This document shows positions 1 to 9,904 of a stretch of DNA of 38,359 bases, piece by piece. Source of the stretch: Utricularia gibba (lineage: Eukaryota; Plantae; Magnoliophyta). Below the pieces are notes generated by a model that saw only the letters and a list, made by a program, of their open reading frames with translations, searched no databases and had not been told where the DNA came from. The stretch is taken from positions 1-38,359 of the forward strand of contig NEEC01000218.1 of NCBI GenBank assembly GCA_002189035.1, in the 5' to 3' direction. The translations under genes were made by a program, and so were the position numbers. How positions within the stretch are numbered: the stretch's first letter is position 1; every line of letters starts with the position of its first letter.

Positions 1-1600
1 TGGGCCCGAGCTCGACTCGACCTCCTGCTCGATACCGTTGCCCCACGAGAGCGCCTTATCAAATATAAAGCATGCGGTTGAGAAAACCATTTTGGGTGCT
101 CATGATATCCTAACTTCAATAACTGCATCACGATTTTCGTCGAGTAGGACCCGATGTGGCAAAGGAGTCAGACCGAACCTATGGTCAGAACGAAGTTCCA
201 AAAGACATCACCCGCCAGAAACGACAAGCTTTTCCTTGAGAAACTATGTAGGCAGCCTAATAAAGCCGAACGTTAATAAATGCATCAATTTTTTTGCCGG
301 GCTACAAATGACTCTGGGACCGAGCTCGACTCGACCTCCTGCTCGATACCGTTGCCCCACGAGAGTGCCTTATCAAATATAAAGCATGCGGTTGAGAAAA
401 CCTTTTGGGTGCTCATGAATCCTAACTTCAATAACTGCATCACGATTTTCGTCGAGTAGGACCCGATGTGGCAAAGGAGTCAGACCGAACCTTGGGTCAG
501 AACGAAGTTCCCAACGACATCACCCGCCCAGAAACGACAAGCTTTTCCTTGAGAAAACATGTAGGCAGCCTATTAAAACCAACGTTAATAAATGCATCAA
601 GTTTTTTTGCCGAGCTACAAATGACTATGGGCCCGAGCTCGACTCGACCTCCTACTCGATACCGTTGCCCCACGAGAGCGCCTTAAATATAAAGCATGCG
701 GTTGAGAAAACCATTTTGGGTGCTCATGAATCCTAACTTCAATAACTGCATCACGATTTTCGTCGAGTAGGACCCGATGTGGCAAAGGAGTCAGTCAGAA
801 CCTTGGTCGAACGAAGTTCCCAACGACATCACCCGCCAGAAACGACAAGCTTTTCCTTGAGAAACTATGTAGGCAGCCTAAAAGCCCGAACGTTAATAAA
901 TGCATCAATTTTTTGTCGGGCTACAAATGACTCTGGGCCCGAGCTCGACTCGACCTCCTGCTCGATACCGTTGCCCACGAGAGCCCTTATCAAATATAAA
1001 GCATGCGGTTGAGAAAACCATTTTGGGTGCTCATGACATCCTAACTTCAATAACTGCATCACGATTTTCGTCGAGTAGGACCCGATGTGGCAAAGGAGTC
1101 AGACCGAACCTTGGGTCAGAACGAAGTTCCCAACGACATCACCGCCCAGAAACGACAAGCTTTTCCTTGAGAAAACATGTAGGCAGCCTATTAAAACCAA
1201 CGTTAATAATGCATCAAGTTTTTTGCCGGCTACAAATGACTATGGGCCCGAGCTCGACTCGACCTCCTACTCGATACGTTGCCCACGAGAGCGCCTTCAA
1301 ATATAAAGCATGCGGTTGAGAAAACCATTTTGGGTGCTCATGAATCCTAACTTCAATAACTGCATCACGATTTTCGTCGAGTAGGACCCGATGTGGCAAA
1401 GGAGTCAGAGAACTTGGGTCGAACGAAGTTCCAACGACATCACCGCCAGAAACGACAAGCTTTTCCTTGAGAAACTATGTAGGCAGCCTAATAGCGCCGA
1501 ACGTTAATAAATGCATCAATTTTTTGCGGCTACAAATGACTCTGGATCGACCTTTGCCGATACCGTTGCCCACGAGAGCGCCTAAAACAAAGCATGCGAT
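1..1600. repeat. Alternating A'/B monomer run (dimer-like HOR, noisy)
   Basis: Monomer ends alternate ATCAATTT..GACTCT (~290, ~905, ~1517) with ATCAAGTTT..GACTAT (~600, ~1215). Confidence 0.7.
111..150. other. Near-invariant 40-bp core of the monomer (first copy shown)
   Basis: TAACTTCAATAACTGCATCACGATTTTCGTCGAGTAGGAC is the same in all monomer classes. The only departure I noticed is a 1-nt loss at ~25638. Confidence 0.88.
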
Positions 1601-1832
1601 TGAGAAAACATTTTGGGTGCTCATGAAATCCTAACTTCAATAACTGCATCACGATTTTCGTCGAGTAGGACCCGATGTGGCAAAGGAGTCAGACAGAACC
1701 TTGGGTCCGAACGAAGTTCCAAGACATCACCCGCAGAAACGACAAGCTTTTCCTTGAGAAACTATGTAGGCAGCCTAATAAAGCCGAACGTTAATAAATG
1801 CATCAATTTTTTTGCCGGGCTACAAATGACTC

Positions 1833-3715
1833 TGGGCCGAGCTCGACTCGACCTCCTGCTCGATACCGTTGCCCCACGAGAGTGCCTTATCAAATATAAA
1901 GCATGCGGTTGAGAAAACCATTTTGGGTGCTCATGATATCCTAACTTCAATAACTGCATCACGATTTTCGTCGAGTAGGACCGATGTGGCAAAGGAGTCA
2001 GACGAACCTATGGTCAGAACGAAGTTCCAAAAGACATCACCCGCCCAGAAACGACAAGCTTTTCCTTGAGAAACTATGTAGGCAGCCTAATAAAGCCGAA
2101 CGTTAATAAATGCATCAATTTTTTTTGCCGGGCTACAAATGACTCTGGGCCGAGCTCGACTCGACCTCCTGCTCGATACCGTTGCCCCACGAGAGTGCCT
2201 TATCAAATATAAAGCATGCGGTTGAGAAAACCATTTTGGGTGCTCATGATATCCTAACTTCAATAACTGCATCACGATTTTCGTCGAGTAGGACCGATGT
2301 GGCAAAGGAGTCAGACCGAACTATGGTCAGAACGAAGTTCCAAAAGACATCACCCGCCCAGAAACGACAAGCTTTTCCTTGAGAAACTATGTAGGCAGCC
2401 TAATAAAGCCGAACGTTAATAAATGCATCAATTTTTTTGCCGGCTACAAATGACTCTGGGCCCGAGCTCGACTCGACCTCTGCTCGATACCGTTGCCCCA
2501 CGAGAGTGCCTTATCAAATATAAAGCATGCGGTTGAGAAAACCATTTTGGGTGCTCATGATATCCTAACTTCAATAACTGCATCACGATTTTCGTCGAGT
2601 AGGACCCGATGTGGCAAAGGAGTCAGACCGAACCTATGGTCAGAACGAAGTTCCAAAAGACATCACCCGCCCAGAAACGACAAGCTTTTCCTTGAGAAAC
2701 TATGTAGGCAGCCTAATAAAGCCGAACGTTAATAAATGCATCAATTTTTTTGCCGGGCTACAAATGACTCTGGGCCGAGCTCGACTCGACCTCCTGCTCG
2801 ATACCGTTGCCCCACGAGAGTGCCTTATCAAATATAAAGCATGCGGTTGAGAAAACCATTTTGGGTGCTCATGATATCCTAACTTCAATAACTGCATCAC
2901 GATTTTCGTCGAGTAGGACCCGATGTGGCAAAGGAGTCAGACCGAACCTATGGTCAGAACGAAGTTCCAAAAGACATCACCCGCCAGAAACGACAAGCTT
3001 TTCCTTGAGAAACTATGTAGGCAGCCTAATAAAGCCGAACGTTAATAAATGCATCAATTTTTTTGCCGGCTACAAATGACTCTGGGCCCGAGCTCGACTC
3101 GACCTCCTGCTCGATACCGTTGCCCCACGAGAGTGCCTTATCAAATATAAAGCATGCGGTTGAGAAAACCATTTTGGGTGCTCATGATATCCTAACTTCA
3201 ATAACTGCATCACGATTTTCGTCGAGTAGGACCCGATGTGGCAAAGGAGTCAGACCGAACCTATGGTCAGAACGAAGTTCCAAAAGACATCACCCGCCCA
3301 AAAACGACAAGCTTTTCCTTGAGAAAACATGTAGGCAGCCTATTAAAACCAACGTTAATAAATGCATCAAGTTTTTTGCCGAGCTACAAATGACTATGGG
3401 CCCGAGCTCGACTCGACCTCCTACTCGATACCGTTGCCCCACGAGAGCCCTTATCAAATATAAAGCATGCGGTTGAGAAAACATTTTGGGTGCTCATGAT
3501 ATCCTAACTTCAATAACTGCATCACGATTTTCGTCGAGTAGGACCCGATGTGGCAAAGGAGTCAGACCGAACCTATGGTCAGAACGAAGTTCCAAAAGAC
3601 ATCACCCGCCCAGAAACGACAAGCTTTTCCTTGAGAAACTATGTAGGCAGCCTAATAAAGCCGAACGTTAATAAATGCATCAATTTTTTTTTGCCGGGCT
3701 ACAAATGACTCTGGG
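1833..3715. repeat. Homogeneous A-type monomer block carrying the GATATC (EcoRV) allele
   Basis: Near-identical A monomers. GATATC at 1935, 2248, 2559, 2873, 3186 and 3498, with one more just beyond at 3815. The monomer near 3230 has a B-like right half. Confidence 0.85.
2772..3083. repeat. Representative A-type monomer (312 bp)
   Basis: Diagnostic alleles: TCCTGCTCG, GAGAGTGCCTTAT, TGATATCC, CCGATGTGG, CCTATGGTC, TTCCAAAAGAC, GAAACTATGT, CCTAATAAAGCCG, ATCAATTT, GACTCTGG. Confidence 0.95.
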
Positions 3716-6184
3716 CCCGAGCTCGACTCGACCTCCTGCTCGATACCGTTGCCCCACGAGAGTGCCTTATCAAATATAAAGCATGCGGTTGAGAAAACCA
3801 TTTTGGGTGCTCATGATATCCTAACTTCAATAACTGCATCACGATTTTCGTCGAGTAGGACCCGATGTGGCAAAGGAGTCAGACCGAACCTATGGTCAGA
3901 ACGAAGTTCCAAAAGACATCACCGCCCAGAAACGACAAGCTTTTCCTTGAGAAACTATGTAGGCAGCCTATTAAAACCGAACGTTAATAAATGCATCAAT
4001 TTTTTTGCCGGCTAAAAATGACTCTGGCGAGCTCGACTCGACCTTTTGCCCGATACCGTGCCCCACGAGAGCGCCTCCTCAAATATAAAGCATGCGATTG
4101 AGAAAACATTTTGGGTGCTCATGAAATCCTAACTTCAATAACTGCATCACGATTTTCGTCGAGTAGGACCAGATTTGGCAAAGGAGTCAGACCGAACCTT
4201 GGGTCAGAACGAAGTTCCAACGACATCACCCGCCAAAAACGACAAGCTTTTCCTTGAGAAACCATTGAGGCAGCCTATTAAAACCAAACGTTAATAAATG
4301 CATCAATTTTTTTGCCGGGCTACAAATGACTCTGGCCCGAGCTCGACTCGACCTCCTGCTCGATACCGTTGCCCCACGAGAGCCTCAAATATAAAGCATG
4401 CGGTTGAGAAAACCATTTTGGGTGCTCATGAATCCTAACTTCAATAACTGCATCACGATTTTCGTCGAGTAGGACCCGATGTGGCAAAGGAGTCAGACCG
4501 AACCTATGGTCAGAACGAAGTTCCAAACGACATCACCCGCCCAGAAACGACAAGCTTTTCCTTGAGAAACTATGTAGGCAGCCTAATAAAGCCGAACGTT
4601 AATAAATGCATCAATTTTTTTTGCCGGCTACAAATGACTCTGGGGAGCTCGACTCGACCTCCTGCCGATACCGTGCCCCACGAGAGCGCCTCCTCAAATA
4701 TAAAGCATGCGATTGAAAAACATTTTGGGTGCTCATGAAATCCTAACTTCAATAACTGCATCACGATTTTCGTCGAGTAGGACCGATTGGCAAAGGAGTC
4801 AGACCGAACCTTGGGTCAGAACGAAGTTCCAACGACATCACCCGCCCAAAAACGACAAGCTTTTCCTTGAGAAAACTTGAGGCAGCCTATTAAAACCAAC
4901 CGTTAATAAATGCATCAAGTTTTTTTGCCGCTACAAATGACTATGGGCCCGAGCTCGACTCGACCTCCTGCTCGATACCGTTGCCCCACGAGAGCACCTT
5001 ATCAAATATAAAGCATGCGGTTGAGAAAACCATTTTGGGTGCTCATGAAATCCTAACTTCAATAACTGCATCACGATTTTCGTCGAGTAGGACCCGATGT
5101 GGCAAAGGAGTCAGACGAACCTATGGTCAGAACGAAGTTCAAAAGACATCACCCGCCAGAAACGACAAGCTTTTCCTTGAGAAACTATGTAGGCAGCCTA
5201 TTAAAACCCAACGTTAATAAATGCATCAATTTTTTTGCCGGCTAAATGACTCTGGCGAGCCCGACTCGACCTCCTGCTCGATACCGTTGCCCCACGAGAG
5301 CGCCTCCTCAATATAAAAGCATGCGGTTGAAAACATTTTGGGTGCTCATGAAATCCTAACTTCAATAACTGCATCACGATTTTCGTCGAGTAGGACCAGA
5401 TTTGGCAAAGGAGACAGACCGAACCTTGGGTCAGAACGAAGTTCACAACGACATCACCGCCCAAAAACGACAAGCTTTTCCTTGAGAAAACCATGAGGCA
5501 GCCTATTAAAACCAACCGTTAATAAATGCATCAAGTTTTTTGCCGAGCTACAAATGACTATGGGCCCGAGCTCGACTCGACCTCCTACTCGATACCGTTG
5601 CCCCACGAGAGCACCTTATCAAATATAAAGCATGCGGTTGAGAAAACCATTTTGGGTGCTCATGAAATCCTAACTTCAATAACTGCATCACGATTTTCGT
5701 CGAGTAGGACCCGATGTGGCAAAGGAGTCAGACCGAACCTATGGTCAGAACGAAGTTCCAAAAGACATCACCCCCAGAAACGACAAGCTTTTCCTTGAGA
5801 AACCATGTAGGCAGCCTATTAAAACCCAACGTTAATAAATGCATCACTTTTTTGCAGGCTAAAAATGACTCTGGGAGCGAGCCCGACTCGACCTTTTGCC
5901 CGATACCGTGCCCCACTAGAGCGCCTCCTCAACTACAAAGCATGCGATTGACAAAAGCATTTTGGGTGCTCATGAAATCCTAACTTCAATAACTGCATCA
6001 CGATTTTCGTCGAGTAGGACCAGATTTGGCAAAGGAGACAGACCGAACCTTGGGTCAGAACGAAGTTCAACGACATCACCCGCCCAAAAACGACAAGCTT
6101 TTCCTTGAGAAAACCATTGAGGCAGCCTATTAAAACCAACGTTAATAAATGCATCAAGTTTTTTGCCGAGCTACAAATGACTAT
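3716..6184. repeat. X-Y dimer HOR zone (four dimers, first three mosaic)
   Basis: G-type (CCGATGTGG) and T-type (GAT(T)TGG) cores alternate at ~3856/4166, 4473/4780, 5090/5394 and 5708/6017. The cleanest X-Y dimer is 5562-6184. Confidence 0.75.
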
Positions 6185-8057
6185 GGGCCCGAGCTCGACT
6201 CGACCTCCTACTCGATACCGTTGCCCCACGAGAGTGCCTTATCAAATATAAAGCATGCGGTTGAGAAAACCATTTTGGGTGCTCATGAATCCTAACTTCA
6301 ATAACTGCATCACGATTTTCGTCGAGTAGGACCCGATGTGGCAAAGGAGTCAGACGAACCTATGGTCAGAACGAAGTTCCAAAAGACATCACCGCCCAGA
6401 AACGACAAGCTTTTCCTTGAGAAACTATGTAGGCAGCCTAATAAAACCGAACGTTAATAAATGCATCAATTTTTTTGCCGGGCTAAAAATGACTCTGGGC
6501 CGAGCTCGACTCGACCTCCTGCTCGATACCGTTGCCCCACGAGAGTGCCTTATCAAATATAAAGCATGCGGTTGAGAAAACCATTTTGGGTGCTCATGAA
6601 TCCTAACTTCAATAACTGCATCACGATTTTCGTCGAGTAGGACCCGATGTGGCAAAGGAGTCAGACCGAACCTATGGTCAGAACGAAGTTCCAAAAGACA
6701 TCACCCGCCCAGAAACGACAAGCTTTTCCTTGAGAAACTATGTAGGCAGCCTAATAAAGCCGAACGTTAATAAATGCATCAATTTTTTTGCCGGGCTACA
6801 AATGACTCTGGGCCGAGCTCGACTCGACCTCCTGCTCGATACCGTTGCCCCCACGAGAGTGCCTTATCAAATATAAAGCATGCGGTTGAGAAAACCATTT
6901 TGGGTGCTCATGAATCCTAACTTCAATAACTGCATCACGATTTTCGTCGAGTAGGACCCGATGTGGCAAAGGAGTCAGACCGAACCTTGGTCAGAACGAA
7001 GTTCCAAAAGACATCACCCGCCCAGAAACGACAAGCTTTTCCTTGAGAAACTATGTAGGCAGCCTAATAAAGCCGAACGTTAATAAATGCATCAATTTTT
7101 TTTTGCCGGGCTACAAATGACTCTGGGCCGAGCTCGACTCGACCTCCTGCTCGATACCGTTGCCCCACGAGAGTGCCTTATCAAATATAAAGCATGCGGT
7201 TGAGAAAACCATTTTGGGTGCTCATGAATCCTAACTTCAATAACTGCATCACGATTTTCGTCGAGTAGGACCCGATGTGGCAAAGGAGTCAGACCGAACC
7301 TATGGTCAGAACGAAGTTCCAAAAGACATCACCCGCCCAGAAACGACAAGCTTTTCCTTGAGAAACTATGTAGGCAGCCTAATAAAGCCGAACGTTAATA
7401 AATGCATCAATTTTTTTTTGCCGGGCTACAAATGACTCTGGGCCCAGCTCGACTCGACCTCCTGCTCGATACCGTTGCCCCACGAGAGTGCCTTATCAAA
7501 TATAAAGCATGCGGTTGAGAAAACCATTTTGGGTGCTCATGAATCCTAACTTCAATAACTGCATCACGATTTTCGTCGAGTAGGACCCGATGTGGCAAAG
7601 GAGTCAGACCGAACCTATGGTCAGAACGAAGTTCCAAAGACATCACCCGCCAAAAACGACAAGCTTTTCCTTGAGAAAACCATGTAGGCCTATTAAAACC
7701 AACGTTAATAAATGCATCAAGTTTTTTTGCCGAGCTACAAATGACTATGGGCCCGAGCTCGACTCGACCTCCTACTCGATACCGTTGCCCACGAGAGCCC
7801 TTATCAAATATAAAGCATGCGGTTGAGAAAACATTTTGGGTGCTCATGAATCCTAACTTCAATAACTGCATCACGATTTTCGTCGAGTAGGACCCGATGT
7901 GGCAAAGGAGTCAGACCGAACCTTGGTCAGAACGAAGTTCCAAAAGACATCACCCGCCCAGAAACGACAAGCTTTTCCTTGAGAAACTATGTAGGCAGCC
8001 TAATAAAGCCGAACGTTAATAAATGCATCAATTTTTTTGCCGGGCTACAAATGACTC
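6185..8057. repeat. A-type monomer block (six monomers, one with a B-like right half near 7.6-7.75 kb)
   Basis: GAAACTATGT/CCTAATAAAGCCG/ATCAATTT/GACTCT in consecutive monomers; TGAATCC allele. Confidence 0.8.
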
Positions 8058-9904
8058 TGGGCCCGAGCTCGACTCGACCTCCTGCTCGATACCGTTGCCC
8101 CACGAGAGTGCCTTATCAAATATAAAGCATGCGGTTGAGAAAACCATTTTGGGTGCTCATGAATCCTAACTTCAATAACTGCATCACGATTTTCGTCGAG
8201 TAGGACCCGATGTGGCAAAGGAGTCAGACCGAACCTATGGTCAGAACGAAGTTCCAAAAGACATCACCCGCCCAGAAACGACAAGCTTTTCCTTGAGAAA
8301 CCATGTAGGCAGCCTATTAAAACCCGTTAATAAATGCATCACTTTTTTGACAGGCTAAAAAATGACTGGGCGAGCCCGACTCGACCTTTGCCGATACCGT
8401 GCCCCACTAGAGCGCCTCCTCAACTACAAAGCATGCGATTGAAAAAGCATTTTGGGTGCTCATGAAATCCTAACTTCAATAACTGCATCACGATTTTCGT
8501 CGAGTAGGACCAGATTTGGCAAAGGAGACAGACCGAACCTTGGGTCAGAACGAAGTTCCAACGACATCACCCGCCCAAAAACGACAAGCTTTTCCTTGAG
8601 AAAACCATTGAGGCAGCCTATTAAAACCAACGTTAATAAATGCATCAATTTTTTTTTGCCGAGCTACAAATGACTCTGGCCCGAGCTCGACTCGACCTCC
8701 TGCTCGATACCGTTGCCCCACGAGAGTGCCTTATCAAATATAAAGCATGCGGTTGAGAAAACCATTTTGGGTGCTCATGAATCCTAACTTCAATAACTGC
8801 ATCACGATTTTCGTCGAGTAGGACCCGATGTGGCAAAGGAGTCAGACCGAACCTATGGTCAGAACGAAGTTCCAAATCACACCGCCCAGAAACGACAAGC
8901 TTTTCCTTGAGAAACTATGGCAGCCTAATTAAAGCCGAACGTTAATAAATGCATCAATTTTTTTGCCGGGCTACAAATGACTCTGGGCGAGCCCGACTCG
9001 ACCTTTTGCCCGATACCGTGCCCCACGAGCGCCTCAAATACAAAGCATGCGATTGAGAAAACATTTTGGGTGCTCATGAAATCCTAACTTCAATAACTGC
9101 ATCACGATTTTCGTCGAGTAGGACCCGATTGGCAAAGGAGTCAGACCGAACCTTGGGTCAGAACGAAGTTCACAACGACATCACCCGCCCAAAAAACGAC
9201 AAGCTTTTCCTTGAGAAACTTGAGGCAGCCTATTAAACCAACGTTAATAAATGCATCAAGTTTTTTTGCCGAGCTACAAATGACTATGGGCCCGAGCTCG
9301 ACTCGACCTCCTACTCGATACCGTTGCCCCACGAGAGCACCTTATCAAATATAAAGCATGCGGTTGAGAAAACCATTTTGGGTGCTCATGAATCCTAACT
9401 TCAATAACTGCATCACGATTTTCGTCGAGTAGGACCCGATGTGGCAAAGGAGTCAGACCGAACCTATGGTCAGAACGAAGTTCCAAAAGACATCACCCGC
9501 CCAGAAACGACAAGCTTTTCCTTGAGAAACATGTAGGCAGCCTATTAAAACCCAACGTTAATAAATGCATCAATTTTTTTGACAGGCTAAAAATGACTCT
9601 GGCGAGCCCGACTCGACCTCGCCCGATACCGTGCCCCACGAGAGCGCCTCCTCAAATACAAAGCATGCGATTGAAAAACATTTTGGGTGCTCATGAAATC
9701 CTAACTTCAATAACTGCATCACGATTTTCGTCGAGTAGGACCAGATTTGGCAAAGGAGACAGACCGAACCTTGGGTCAGAACGAAGTTCACAACGACATC
9801 ACCGCCCAAAAACGACAAGCTTTTCCTTGAGAAACCATTGAGGCAGCCTATTAAAACAACGTTAATAAATGCATCAAGTTTTTTGCCGAGCTACAAATGA
9901 CTAT
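8058..9904. repeat. X-Y dimer HOR zone (three dimers, partly mosaic)
   Basis: Y-type left arms (GAGCCCGACTCGACC-TTT/TCG) at ~8370, ~8988 and ~9603, each followed by a T-type core and GAAA(A)CCATTGAGG or GAAACTTGAGG. Confidence 0.75.

Noticed and set aside
164-195. Short direct repeat GTCAGACCGAA / GTCAGAACGAA as a regulatory operator
   Set aside because: There is no gene context. It is better explained as internal micro-duplication, mirrored by CTCGAC-TCGAC..CTCGAT in the other half-unit.
131-200. CENP-B-box-like motif around TTTTCGTCGAGTAGG or minus-strand CTTCGTTCTG
   Set aside because: Neither has the A and CGGG positions required by NTTCGNNNNANNCGGGN.
108-264. Degenerate telomere-like motifs (TCCTAAC, GCCTAAT)
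   Set aside because: Only 4-5 nt match CCCTAAA, they are not tandem, and this is expected by chance. No telomeric tract occurs in the window, so orientation to a chromosome end cannot be inferred.
200-308. Roughly 10-bp phased A/T tracts suggesting intrinsic curvature
   Set aside because: Tract starts (~200, 219, 230, 241, 262, 278, 288, 306) are only loosely periodic by eye and homopolymer lengths are unreliable here. It needs a dinucleotide periodicity calculation.
1-314. 5S rDNA or tRNA/SINE-type tandem unit of similar length
   Set aside because: No recognisable 5S rRNA sequence or cloverleaf. The minus-strand GGTTCGGTCTG does not fit the B-box consensus GTTCRANNC.
1-314. Identity with the 312-bp Patellifolia (Beta) procumbens satellite pTS4.1
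   Set aside because: The length fits, but I recall it as a Sau3AI-defined repeat and this monomer has no regular GATC (one seen, at ~1545, in a noisy unit). Not fully excluded without alignment.
111-460. CRISPR-like layout (invariant 40-bp core separated by variable sequence)
   Set aside because: The intervening ~270 nt are homologous between units rather than unique spacers, are far too long, and there are no cas genes.
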